The notes beneath the pieces are model-generated. The model did no database searches. It saw only the letters and a program-made list of their open reading frames with translations, and had not been told where the DNA came from. Shown here piece by piece: positions 11,701 through 23,700 of a DNA stretch of 64,000 bases (position 1 is its first letter; each line of letters opens with the position of its first letter). The position numbers were made by a program, and so were the translations under genes. The stretch comes from Naegleria gruberi (Eukaryota): assembly GCA_000004985.1 (NCBI GenBank), contig GG738880.1. One strand, written 5' to 3'.

Positions 11701-14700
11701 NNNNNNNNNNNNNNNNNNNNNNNNNNNNNNNNNNNNNNNNNNNNNNNNNNNNNNNNNNNNNNNNNNNNNNNNNNNNNNNNNNNNNNNNNNNNNNNNNNNN
11801 NNNNNNNNNNNNNNNNNNNNNNNNNNNNNNNNNNNNNNNNNNNNNNNNNNNNNNNNNNNNNNNNNNNNNNNNNNNNNNNNNNNNNNNNNNNNNNNNNNNN
11901 NNNNNNNNNNNNNNNNNNNNNNNNNNNNNNNNNNNNNNNNNNNNNNNNNNNNNNNNNNNNNNNNNNNNNNNNNNNNNNNNNNNNNNNNNNNNNNNNNNNN
12001 NNNNNNNNNNNNNNNNNNNNNNNNNNNNNNNNNNNNNNNNNNNNNNNNNNNNNNNNNNNNNNNNNNNNNNNNNNNNNNNNNNNNNNNNNNNNNNNNNNNN
12101 NNNNNNNNNNNNNNNNNNNNNNNNNNNNNNNNNNNNNNNNNNNNNNNNNNNNNNNNNNNNNNNNNNNNNNNNNNNNNNNNNNNNNNNNNNNNNNNNNNNN
12201 NNNNNNNNNNNNNNNNNNNNNNNNNNNNNNNNNNNNNNNNNNNNNNNNNNNNNNNNNNNNNNNNNNNNNNNNNNNNNNNNNNNNNNNNNNNNNNNNNNNN
12301 NNNNNNNNNNNNNNNNNNNNNNNNNNNNNNNNNNNNNNNNNNNNNNNNNNNNNNNNNNNNNNNNNNNNNNNNNNNNNNNNNNNNNNNNNNNNNNNNNNNN
12401 NNNNNNNNNNNNNNNNNNNNNNNNNNNNNNNNNNNNNNNNNNNNNNNNNNNNNNNNNNNNNNNNNNNNNNNNNNNNNNNNNNNNNNNNNNNNNNNNNNNN
12501 NNNNNNNNNNNNNNNNNNNNNNNNNNNNNNNNNNNNNNNNNNNNNNNNNNNNNNNNNNNNNNNNNNNNNNNNNNNNNNNNNNNNNNNNNNNNNNNNNNNN
12601 NNNNNNNNNNNNNNNNNNNNNNNNNNNNNNNNNNNNNNNNNNNNNNNNNNNNNNNNNNNNNNNNNNNNNNNNNNNNNNNNNNNNNNNNNNNNNNNNNNNN
12701 NNNNNNNNNNNNNNNNNNNNNNNNNNNNNNNNNNNNNNNNNNNNNNNNNNNNNNNNNNNNNNNNNNNNNNNNNNNNNNNNNNNNNNNNNNNNNNNNNNNN
12801 NNNNNNNNNNNNNNNNNNNNNNNNNNNNNNNNNNNNNNNNNNNNNNNNNNNNNNNNNNNNNNNNNNNNNNNNNNNNNNNNNNNNNNNNNNNNNNNNNNNN
12901 NNNNNNNNNNNNNNNNNNNNNNNNNNNNNNNNNNNNNNNNNNNNNNNNNNNNNNNNNNNNNNNNNNNNNNNNNNNNNNNNNNNNNNNNNNNNNNNNNNNN
13001 NNNNNNNNNNNNNNNNNNNNNNNNNNNNNNNNNNNNNNNNNNNNNNNNNNNNNNNNNNNNNNNNNNNNNNNNNNNNNNNNNNNNNNNNNNNNNNNNNNNN
13101 NNNNNNNNNNNNNNNNNNNNNNNNNNNNNNNNNNNNNNNNNNNNNNNNNNNNNNNNNNNNNNNNNNNNNNNNNNNNNNNNNNNNNNNNNNNNNNNNNNNN
13201 NNNNNNNNNNNNNNNNNNNNNNNNNNNNNNNNNNNNNNNNNNNNNNNNNNNNNNNNNNNNNNNNNNNNNNNNNNNNNNNNNNNNNNNNNNNNNNNNNNNN
13301 NNNNNNNNNNNNNNNNNNNNNNNNNNNNNNNNNNNNNNNNNNNNNNNNNNNNNNNNNNNNNNNNNNNNNNNNNNNNNNNNNNNNNNNNNNNNNNNNNNNN
13401 NNNNNNNNNNNNNNNNNNNNNNNNNNNNNNNNNNNNNNNNNNNNNNNNNNNNNNNNNNNNNNNNNNNNNNNNNNNNNNNNNNNNNNNNNNNNNNNNNNNN
13501 NNNNNNNNNNNNNNNNNNNNNNNNNNNNNNNNNNNNNNNNNNNNNNNNNNNNNNNNNNNNNNNNNNNNNNNNNNNNNNNNNNNNNNNNNNNNNNNNNNNN
13601 NNNNNNNNNNNNNNNNNNNNNNNNNNNNNNNNNNNNNNNNNNNNNNNNNNNNNNNNNNNNNNNNNNNNNNNNNNNNNNNNNNNNNNNNNNNNNNNNNNNN
13701 NNNNNNNNNNNNNNNNNNNNNNNNNNNNNNNNNNNNNNNNNNNNNNNNNNNNNNNNNNNNNNNNNNNNNNNNNNNNNNNNNNNNNNNNNNNNNNNNNNNN
13801 NNNNNNNNNNNNNNNNNNNNNNNNNNNNNNNNNNNNNNNNNNNNNNNNNNNNNNNNNNNNNNNNNNNNNNNNNNNNNNNNNNNNNNNNNNNNNNNNNNNN
13901 NNNNNNNNNNNNNNNNNNNNNNNNNNNNNNNNNNNNNNNNNNNNNNNNNNNNNNNNNNNNNNNNNNNNNNNNNNNNNNNNNNNNNNNNNNNNNNNNNNNN
14001 NNNNNNNNNNNNNNNNNNNNNNNNNNNNNNNNNNNNNNNNNNNNNNNNNNNNNNNNNNNNNNNNNNNNNNNNNNNNNNNNNNNNNNNNNNNNNNNNNNNN
14101 NNNNNNNNNNNNNNNNNNNNNNNNNNNNNNNNNNNNNNNNNNNNNNNNNNNNNNNNNNNNNNNNNNNNNNNNNNNNNNNNNNNNNNNNNNNNNNNNNNNN
14201 NNNNNNNNNNNNNNNNNNNNNNNNNNNNNNNNNNNNNNNNNNNNNNNNNNNNNNNNNNNNNNNNNNNNNNNNNNNNNNNNNNNNNNNNNNNNNNNNNNNN
14301 NNNNNNNNNNNNNNNNNNNNNNNNNNNNNNNNNNNNNNNNNNNNNNNNNNNNNNNNNNNNNNNNNNNNNNNNNNNNNNNNNNNNNNNNNNNNNNNNNNNN
14401 NNNNNNNNNNNNNNNNNNNNNNNNNNNNNNNNNNNNNNNNNNNNNNNNNNNNNNNNNNNNNNNNNNNNNNNNNNNNNNNNNNNNNNNNNNNNNNNNNNNN
14501 NNNNNNNNNNNNNNNNNNNNNNNNNNNNNNNNNNNNNNNNNNNNNNNNNNNNNNNNNNNNNNNNNNNNNNNNNNNNNNNNNNNNNNNNNNNNNNNNNNNN
14601 NNNNNNNNNNNNNNNNNNNNNNNNNNNNNNNNNNNNNNNNNNNNNNNNNNNNNNNNNNNNNNNNNNNNNNNNNNNNNNNNNNNNNNNNNNNNNNNNNNNN

Positions 14701-17700
14701 NNNNNNNNNNNNNNNNNNNNNNNNNNNNNNNNNNNNNNNNNNNNNNNNNNNNNNNNNNNNNNNNNNNNNNNNNNNNNNNNNNNNNNNNNNNNNNNNNNNN
14801 NNNNNNNNNNNNNNNNNNNNNNNNNNNNNNNNNNNNNNNNNNNNNNNNNNNNNNNNNNNNNNNNNNNNNNNNNNNNNNNNNNNNNNNNNNNNNNNNNNNN
14901 NNNNNNNNNNNNNNNNNNNNNNNNNNNNNNNNNNNNNNNNNNNNNNNNNNNNNNNNNNNNNNNNNNNNNNNNNNNNNNNNNNNNNNNNNNNNNNNNNNNN
15001 NNNNNNNNNNNNNNNNNNNNNNNNNNNNNNNNNNNNNNNNNNNNNNNNNNNNNNNNNNNNNNNNNNNNNNNNNNNNNNNNNNNNNNNNNNNNNNNNNNNN
15101 NNNNNNNNNNNNNNNNNNNNNNNNNNNNNNNNNNNNNNNNNNNNNNNNNNNNNNNNNNNNNNNNNNNNNNNNNNNNNNNNNNNNNNNNNNNNNNNNNNNN
15201 NNNNNNNNNNNNNNNNNNNNNNNNNNNNNNNNNNNNNNNNNNNNNNNNNNNNNNNNNNNNNNNNNNNNNNNNNNNNNNNNNNNNNNNNNNNNNNNNNNNN
15301 NNNNNNNNNNNNNNNNNNNNNNNNNNNNNNNNNNNNNNNNNNNNNNNNNNNNNNNNNNNNNNNNNNNNNNNNNNNNNNNNNNNNNNNNNNNNNNNNNNNN
15401 NNNNNNNNNNNNNNNNNNNNNNNNNNNNNNNNNNNNNNNNNNNNNNNNNNNNNNNNNNNNNNNNNNNNNNNNNNNNNNNNNNNNNNNNNNNNNNNNNNNN
15501 NNNNNNNNNNNNNNNNNNNNNNNNNNNNNNNNNNNNNNNNNNNNNNNNNNNNNNNNNNNNNNNNNNNNNNNNNNNNNNNNNNNNNNNNNNNNNNNNNNNN
15601 NNNNNNNNNNNNNNNNNNNNNNNNNNNNNNNNNNNNNNNNNNNNNNNNNNNNNNNNNNNNNNNNNNNNNNNNNNNNNNNNNNNNNNNNNNNNNNNNNNNN
15701 NNNNNNNNNNNNNNNNNNNNNNNNNNNNNNNNNNNNNNNNNNNNNNNNNNNNNNNNNNNNNNNNNNNNNNNNNNNNNNNNNNNNNNNNNNNNNNNNNNNN
15801 NNNNNNNNNNNNNNNNNNNNNNNNNNNNNNNNNNNNNNNNNNNNNNNNNNNNNNNNNNNNNNNNNNNNNNNNNNNNNNNNNNNNNNNNNNNNNNNNNNNN
15901 NNNNNNNNNNNNNNNNNNNNNNNNNNNNNNNNNNNNNNNNNNNNNNNNNNNNNNNNNNNNNNNNNNNNNNNNNNNNNNNNNNNNNNNNNNNNNNNNNNNN
16001 NNNNNNNNNNNNNNNNNNNNNNNNNNNNNNNNNNNNNNNNNNNNNNNNNNNNNNNNNNNNNNNNNNNNNNNNNNNNNNNNNNNNNNNNNNNNNNNNNNNN
16101 NNNNNNNNNNNNNNNNNNNNNNNNNNNNNNNNNNNNNNNNNNNNNNNNNNNNNNNNNNNNNNNNNNNNNNNNNNNNNNNNNNNNNNNNNNNNNNNNNNNN
16201 NNNNNNNNNNNNNNNNNNNNNNNNNNNNNNNNNNNNNNNNNNNNNNNNNNNNNNNNNNNNNNNNNNNNNNNNNNNNNNNNNNNNNNNNNNNNNNNNNNNN
16301 NNNNNNNNNNNNNNNNNNNNNNNNNNNNNNNNNNNNNNNNNNNNNNNNNNNNNNNNNNNNNNNNNNNNNNNNNNNNNNNNNNNNNNNNNNNNNNNNNNNN
16401 NNNNNNNNNNNNNNNNNNNNNNNNNNNNNNNNNNNNNNNNNNNNNNNNNNNNNNNNNNNNNNNNNNNNNNNNNNNNNNNNNNNNNNNNNNNNNNNNNNNN
16501 NNNNNNNNNNNNNNNNNNNNNNNNNNNNNNNNNNNNNNNNNNNNNNNNNNNNNNNNNNNNNNNNNNNNNNNNNNNNNNNNNNNNNNNNNNNNNNNNNNNN
16601 NNNNNNNNNNNNNNNNNNNNNNNNNNNNNNNNNNNNNNNNNNNNNNNNNNNNNNNNNNNNNNNNNNNNNNNNNNNNNNNNNNNNNNNNNNNNNNNNNNNN
16701 NNNNNNNNNNNNNNNNNNNNNNNNNNNNNNNNNNNNNNNNNNNNNNNNNNNNNNNNNNNNNNNNNNNNNNNNNNNNNNNNNNNNNNNNNNNNNNNNNNNN
16801 NNNNNNNNNNNNNNNNNNNNNNNNNNNNNNNNNNNNNNNNNNNNNNNNNNNNNNNNNNNNNNNNNNNNNNNNNNNNNNNNNNNNNNNNNNNNNNNNNNNN
16901 NNNNNNNNNNNNNNNNNNNNNNNNNNNNNNNNNNNNNNNNNNNNNNNNNNNNNNNNNNNNNNNNNNNNNNNNNNNNNNNNNNNNNNNNNNNNNNNNNNNN
17001 NNNNNNNNNNNNNNNNNNNNNNNNNNNNNNNNNNNNNNNNNNNNNNNNNNNNNNNNNNNNNNNNNNNNNNNNNNNNNNNNNNNNNNNNNNNNNNNNNNNN
17101 NNNNNNNNNNNNNNNNNNNNNNNNNNNNNNNNNNNNNNNNNNNNNNNNNNNNNNNNNNNNNNNNNNNNNNNNNNNNNNNNNNNNNNNNNNNNNNNNNNNN
17201 NNNNNNNNNNNNNNNNNNNNNNNNNNNNNNNNNNNNNNNNNNNNNNNNNNNNNNNNNNNNNNNNNNNNNNNNNNNNNNNNNNNNNNNNNNNNNNNNNNNN
17301 NNNNNNNNNNNNNNNNNNNNNNNNNNNNNNNNNNNNNNNNNNNNNNNNNNNNNNNNNNNNNNNNNNNNNNNNNNNNNNNNNNNNNNNNNNNNNNNNNNNN
17401 NNNNNNNNNNNNNNNNNNNNNNNNNNNNNNNNNNNNNNNNNNNNNNNNNNNNNNNNNNNNNNNNNNNNNNNNNNNNNNNNNNNNNNNNNNNNNNNNNNNN
17501 NNNNNNNNNNNNNNNNNNNNNNNNNNNNNNNNNNNNNNNNNNNNNNNNNNNNNNNNNNNNNNNNNNNNNNNNNNNNNNNNNNNNNNNNNNNNNNNNNNNN
17601 NNNNNNNNNNNNNNNNNNNNNNNNNNNNNNNNNNNNNNNNNNNNNNNNNNNNNNNNNNNNNNNNNNNNNNNNNNNNNNNNNNNNNNNNNNNNNNNNNNNN

Positions 17701-20700
17701 NNNNNNNNNNNNNNNNNNNNNNNNNNNNNNNNNNNNNNNNNNNNNNNNNNNNNNNNNNNNNNNNNNNNNNNNNNNNNNNNNNNNNNNNNNNNNNNNNNNN
17801 NNNNNNNNNNNNNNNNNNNNNNNNNNNNNNNNNNNNNNNNNNNNNNNNNNNNNNNNNNNNNNNNNNNNNNNNNNNNNNNNNNNNNNNNNNNNNNNNNNNN
17901 NNNNNNNNNNNNNNNNNNNNNNNNNNNNNNNNNNNNNNNNNNNNNNNNNNNNNNNNNNNNNNNNNNNNNNNNNNNNNNNNNNNNNNNNNNNNNNNNNNNN
18001 NNNNNNNNNNNNNNNNNNNNNNNNNNNNNNNNNNNNNNNNNNNNNNNNNNNNNNNNNNNNNNNNNNNNNNNNNNNNNNNNNNNNNNNNNNNNNNNNNNNN
18101 NNNNNNNNNNNNNNNNNNNNNNNNNNNNNNNNNNNNNNNNNNNNNNNNNNNNNNNNNNNNNNNNNNNNNNNNNNNNNNNNNNNNNNNNNNNNNNNNNNNN
18201 NNNNNNNNNNNNNNNNNNNNNNNNNNNNNNNNNNNNNNNNNNNNNNNNNNNNNNNNNNNNNNNNNNNNNNNNNNNNNNNNNNNNNNNNNNNNNNNNNNNN
18301 NNNNNNNNNNNNNNNNNNNNNNNNNNNNNNNNNNNNNNNNNNNNNNNNNNNNNNNNNNNNNNNNNNNNNNNNNNNNNNNNNNNNNNNNNNNNNNNNNNNN
18401 NNNNNNNNNNNNNNNNNNNNNNNNNNNNNNNNNNNNNNNNNNNNNNNNNNNNNNNNNNNNNNNNNNNNNNNNNNNNNNNNNNNNNNNNNNNNNNNNNNNN
18501 NNNNNNNNNNNNNNNNNNNNNNNNNNNNNNNNNNNNNNNNNNNNNNNNNNNNNNNNNNNNNNNNNNNNNNNNNNNNNNNNNNNNNNNNNNNNNNNNNNNN
18601 NNNNNNNNNNNNNNNNNNNNNNNNNNNNNNNNNNNNNNNNNNNNNNNNNNNNNNNNNNNNNNNNNNNNNNNNNNNNNNNNNNNNNNNNNNNNNNNNNNNN
18701 NNNNNNNNNNNNNNNNNNNNNNNNNNNNNNNNNNNNNNNNNNNNNNNNNNNNNNNNNNNNNNNNNNNNNNNNNNNNNNNNNNNNNNNNNNNNNNNNNNNN
18801 NNNNNNNNNNNNNNNNNNNNNNNNNNNNNNNNNNNNNNNNNNNNNNNNNNNNNNNNNNNNNNNNNNNNNNNNNNNNNNNNNNNNNNNNNNNNNNNNNNNN
18901 NNNNNNNNNNNNNNNNNNNNNNNNNNNNNNNNNNNNNNNNNNNNNNNNNNNNNNNNNNNNNNNNNNNNNNNNNNNNNNNNNNNNNNNNNNNNNNNNNNNN
19001 NNNNNNNNNNNNNNNNNNNNNNNNNNNNNNNNNNNNNNNNNNNNNNNNNNNNNNNNNNNNNNNNNNNNNNNNNNNNNNNNNNNNNNNNNNNNNNNNNNNN
19101 NNNNNNNNNNNNNNNNNNNNNNNNNNNNNNNNNNNNNNNNNNNNNNNNNNNNNNNNNNNNNNNNNNNNNNNNNNNNNNNNNNNNNNNNNNNNNNNNNNNN
19201 NNNNNNNNNNNNNNNNNNNNNNNNNNNNNNNNNNNNNNNNNNNNNNNNNNNNNNNNNNNNNNNNNNNNNNNNNNNNNNNNNNNNNNNNNNNNNNNNNNNN
19301 NNNNNNNNNNNNNNNNNNNNNNNNNNNNNNNNNNNNNNNNNNNNNNNNNNNNNNNNNNNNNNNNNNNNNNNNNNNNNNNNNNNNNNNNNNNNNNNNNNNN
19401 NNNNNNNNNNNNNNNNNNNNNNNNNNNNNNNNNNNNNNNNNNNNNNNNNNNNNNNNNNNNNNNNNNNNNNNNNNNNNNNNNNNNNNNNNNNNNNNNNNNN
19501 NNNNNNNNNNNNNNNNNNNNNNNNNNNNNNNNNNNNNNNNNNNNNNNNNNNNNNNNNNNNNNNNNNNNNNNNNNNNNNNNNNNNNNNNNNNNNNNNNNNN
19601 NNNNNNNNNNNNNNNNNNNNNNNNNNNNNNNNNNNNNNNNNNNNNNNNNNNNNNNNNNNNNNNNNNNNNNNNNNNNNNNNNNNNNNNNNNNNNNNNNNNN
19701 NNNNNNNNNNNNNNNNNNNNNNNNNNNNNNNNNNNNNNNNNNNNNNNNNNNNNNNNNNNNNNNNNNNNNNNNNNNNNNNNNNNNNNNNNNNNNNNNNNNN
19801 NNNNNNNNNNNNNNNNNNNNNNNNNNNNNNNNNNNNNNNNNNNNNNNNNNNNNNNNNNNNNNNNNNNNNNNNNNNNNNNNNNNNNNNNNNNNNNNNNNNN
19901 NNNNNNNNNNNNNNNNNNNNNNNNNNNNNNNNNNNNNNNNNNNNNNNNNNNNNNNNNNNNNNNNNNNNNNNNNNNNNNNNNNNNNNNNNNNNNNNNNNNN
20001 NNNNNNNNNNNNNNNNNNNNNNNNNNNNNNNNNNNNNNNNNNNNNNNNNNNNNNNNNNNNNNNNNNNNNNNNNNNNNNNNNNNNNNNNNNNNNNNNNNNN
20101 NNNNNNNNNNNNNNNNNNNNNNNNNNNNNNNNNNNNNNNNNNNNNNNNNNNNNNNNNNNNNNNNNNNNNNNNNNNNNNNNNNNNNNNNNNNNNNNNNNNN
20201 NNNNNNNNNNNNNNNNNNNNNNNNNNNNNNNNNNNNNNNNNNNNNNNNNNNNNNNNNNNNNNNNNNNNNNNNNNNNNNNNNNNNNNNNNNNNNNNNNNNN
20301 NNNNNNNNNNNNNNNNNNNNNNNNNNNNNNNNNNNNNNNNNNNNNNNNNNNNNNNNNNNNNNNNNNNNNNNNNNNNNNNNNNNNNNNNNNNNNNNNNNNN
20401 NNNNNNNNNNNNNNNNNNNNNNNNNNNNNNNNNNNNNNNNNNNNNNNNNNNNNNNNNNNNNNNNNNNNNNNNNNNNNNNNNNNNNNNNNNNNNNNNNNNN
20501 NNNNNNNNNNNNNNNNNNNNNNNNNNNNNNNNNNNNNNNNNNNNNNNNNNNNNNNNNNNNNNNNNNNNNNNNNNNNNNNNNNNNNNNNNNNNNNNNNNNN
20601 NNNNNNNNNNNNNNNNNNNNNNNNNNNNNNNNNNNNNNNNNNNNNNNNNNNNNNNNNNNNNNNNNNNNNNNNNNNNNNNNNNNNNNNNNNNNNNNNNNNN

Positions 20701-23700
20701 NNNNNNNNNNNNNNNNNNNNNNNNNNNNNNNNNNNNNNNNNNNNNNNNNNNNNNNNNNNNNNNNNNNNNNNNNNNNNNNNNNNNNNNNNNNNNNNNNNNN
20801 NNNNNNNNNNNNNNNNNNNNNNNNNNNNNNNNNNNNNNNNNNNNNNNNNNNNNNNNNNNNNNNNNNNNNNNNNNNNNNNNNNNNNNNNNNNNNNNNNNNN
20901 NNNNNNNNNNNNNNNNNNNNNNNNNNNNNNNNNNNNNNNNNNNNNNNNNNNNNNNNNNNNNNNNNNNNNNNNNNNNNNNNNNNNNNNNNNNNNNNNNNNN
21001 NNNNNNNNNNNNNNNNNNNNNNNNNNNNNNNNNNNNNNNNNNNNNNNNNNNNNNNNNNNNNNNNNNNNNNNNNNNNNNNNNNNNNNNNNNNNNNNNNNNN
21101 NNNNNNNNNNNNNNNNNNNNNNNNNNNNNNNNNNNNNNNNNNNNNNNNNNNNNNNNNNNNNNNNNNNNNNNNNNNNNNNNNNNNNNNNNNNNNNNNNNNN
21201 NNNNNNNNNNNNNNNNNNNNNNNNNNNNNNNNNNNNNNNNNNNNNNNNNNNNNNNNNNNNNNNNNNNNNNNNNNNNNNNNNNNNNNNNNNNNNNNNNNNN
21301 NNNNNNNNNNNNNNNNNNNNNNNNNNNNNNNNNNNNNNNNNNNNNNNNNNNNNNNNNNNNNNNNNNNNNNNNNNNNNNNNNNNNNNNNNNNNNNNNNNNN
21401 NNNNNNNNNNNNNNNNNNNNNNNNNNNNNNNNNNNNNNNNNNNNNNNNNNNNNNNNNNNNNNNNNNNNNNNNNNNNNNNNNNNNNNNNNNNNNNNNNNNN
21501 NNNNNNNNNNNNNNNNNNNNNNNNNNNNNNNNNNNNNNNNNNNNNNNNNNNNNNNNNNNNNNNNNNNNNNNNNNNNNNNNNNNNNNNNNNNNNNNNNNNN
21601 NNNNNNNNNNNNNNNNNNNNNNNNNNNNNNNNNNNNNNNNNNNNNNNNNNNNNNNNNNNNNNNNNNNNNNNNNNNNNNNNNNNNNNNNNNNNNNNNNNNN
21701 NNNNNNNNNNNNNNNNNNNNNNNNNNNNNNNNNNNNNNNNNNNNNNNNNNNNNNNNNNNNNNNNNNNNNNNNNNNNNNNNNNNNNNNNNNNNNNNNNNNN
21801 NNNNNNNNNNNNNNNNNNNNNNNNNNNNNNNNNNNNNNNNNNNNNNNNNNNNNNNNNNNNNNNNNNNNNNNNNNNNNNNNNNNNNNNNNNNNNNNNNNNN
21901 NNNNNNNNNNNNNNNNNNNNNNNNNNNNNNNNNNNNNNNNNNNNNNNNNNNNNNNNNNNNNNNNNNNNNNNNNNNNNNNNNNNNNNNNNNNNNNNNNNNN
22001 NNNNNNNNNNNNNNNNNNNNNNNNNNNNNNNNNNNNNNNNNNNNNNNNNNNNNNNNNNNNNNNNNNNNNNNNNNNNNNNNNNNNNNNNNNNNNNNNNNNN
22101 NNNNNNNNNNNNNNNNNNNNNNNNNNNNNNNNNNNNNNNNNNNNNNNNNNNNNNNNNNNNNNNNNNNNNNNNNNNNNNNNNNNNNNNNNNNNNNNNNNNN
22201 NNNNNNNNNNNNNNNNNNNNNNNNNNNNNNNNNNNNNNNNNNNNNNNNNNNNNNNNNNNNNNNNNNNNNNNNNNNNNNNNNNNNNNNNNNNNNNNNNNNN
22301 NNNNNNNNNNNNNNNNNNNNNNNNNNNNNNNNNNNNNNNNNNNNNNNNNNNNNNNNNNNNNNNNNNNNNNNNNNNNNNNNNNNNNNNNNNNNNNNNNNNN
22401 NNNNNNNNNNNNNNNNNNNNNNNNNNNNNNNNNNNNNNNNNNNNNNNNNNNNNNNNNNNNNNNNNNNNNNNNNNNNNNNNNNNNNNNNNNNNNNNNNNNN
22501 NNNNNNNNNNNNNNNNNNNNNNNNNNNNNNNNNNNNNNNNNNNNNNNNNNNNNNNNNNNNNNNNNNNNNNNNNNNNNNNNNNNNNNNNNNNNNNNNNNNN
22601 NNNNNNNNNNNNNNNNNNNNNNNNNNNNNNNNNNNNNNNNNNNNNNNNNNNNNNNNNNNNNNNNNNNNNNNNNNNNNNNNNNNNNNNNNNNNNNNNNNNN
22701 NNNNNNNNNNNNNNNNNNNNNNNNNNNNNNNNNNNNNNNNNNNNNNNNNNNNNNNNNNNNNNNNNNNNNNNNNNNNNNNNNNNNNNNNNNNNNNNNNNNN
22801 NNNNNNNNNNNNNNNNNNNNNNNNNNNNNNNNNNNNNNNNNNNNNNNNNNNNNNNNNNNNNNNNNNNNNNNNNNNNNNNNNNNNNNNNNNNNNNNNNNNN
22901 NNNNNNNNNNNNNNNNNNNNNNNNNNNNNNNNNNNNNNNNNNNNNNNNNNNNNNNNNNNNNNNNNNNNNNNNNNNNNNNNNNNNNNNNNNNNNNNNNNNN
23001 NNNNNNNNNNNNNNNNNNNNNNNNNNNNNNNNNNNNNNNNNNNNNNNNNNNNNNNNNNNNNNNNNNNNNNNNNNNNNNNNNNNNNNNNNNNNNNNNNNNN
23101 NNNNNNNNNNNNNNNNNNNNNNNNNNNNNNNNNNNNNNNNNNNNNNNNNNNNNNNNNNNNNNNNNNNNNNNNNNNNNNNNNNNNNNNNNNNNNNNNNNNN
23201 NNNNNNNNNNNNNNNNNNNNNNNNNNNNNNNNNNNNNNNNNNNNNNNNNNNNNNNNNNNNNNNNNNNNNNNNNNNNNNNNNNNNNNNNNNNNNNNNNNNN
23301 NNNNNNNNNNNNNNNNNNNNNNNNNNNNNNNNNNNNNNNNNNNNNNNNNNNNNNNNNNNNNNNNNNNNNNNNNNNNNNNNNNNNNNNNNNNNNNNNNNNN
23401 NNNNNNNNNNNNNNNNNNNNNNNNNNNNNNNNNNNNNNNNNNNNNNNNNNNNNNNNNNNNNNNNNNNNNNNNNNNNNNNNNNNNNNNNNNNNNNNNNNNN
23501 NNNNNNNNNNNNNNNNNNNNNNNNNNNNNNNNNNNNNNNNNNNNNNNNNNNNNNNNNNNNNNNNNNNNNNNNNNNNNNNNNNNNNNNNNNNNNNNNNNNN
23601 NNNNNNNNNNNNNNNNNNNNNNNNNNNNNNNNNNNNNNNNNNNNNNNNNNNNNNNNNNNNNNNNNNNNNNNNNNNNNNNNNNNNNNNNNNNNNNNNNNNN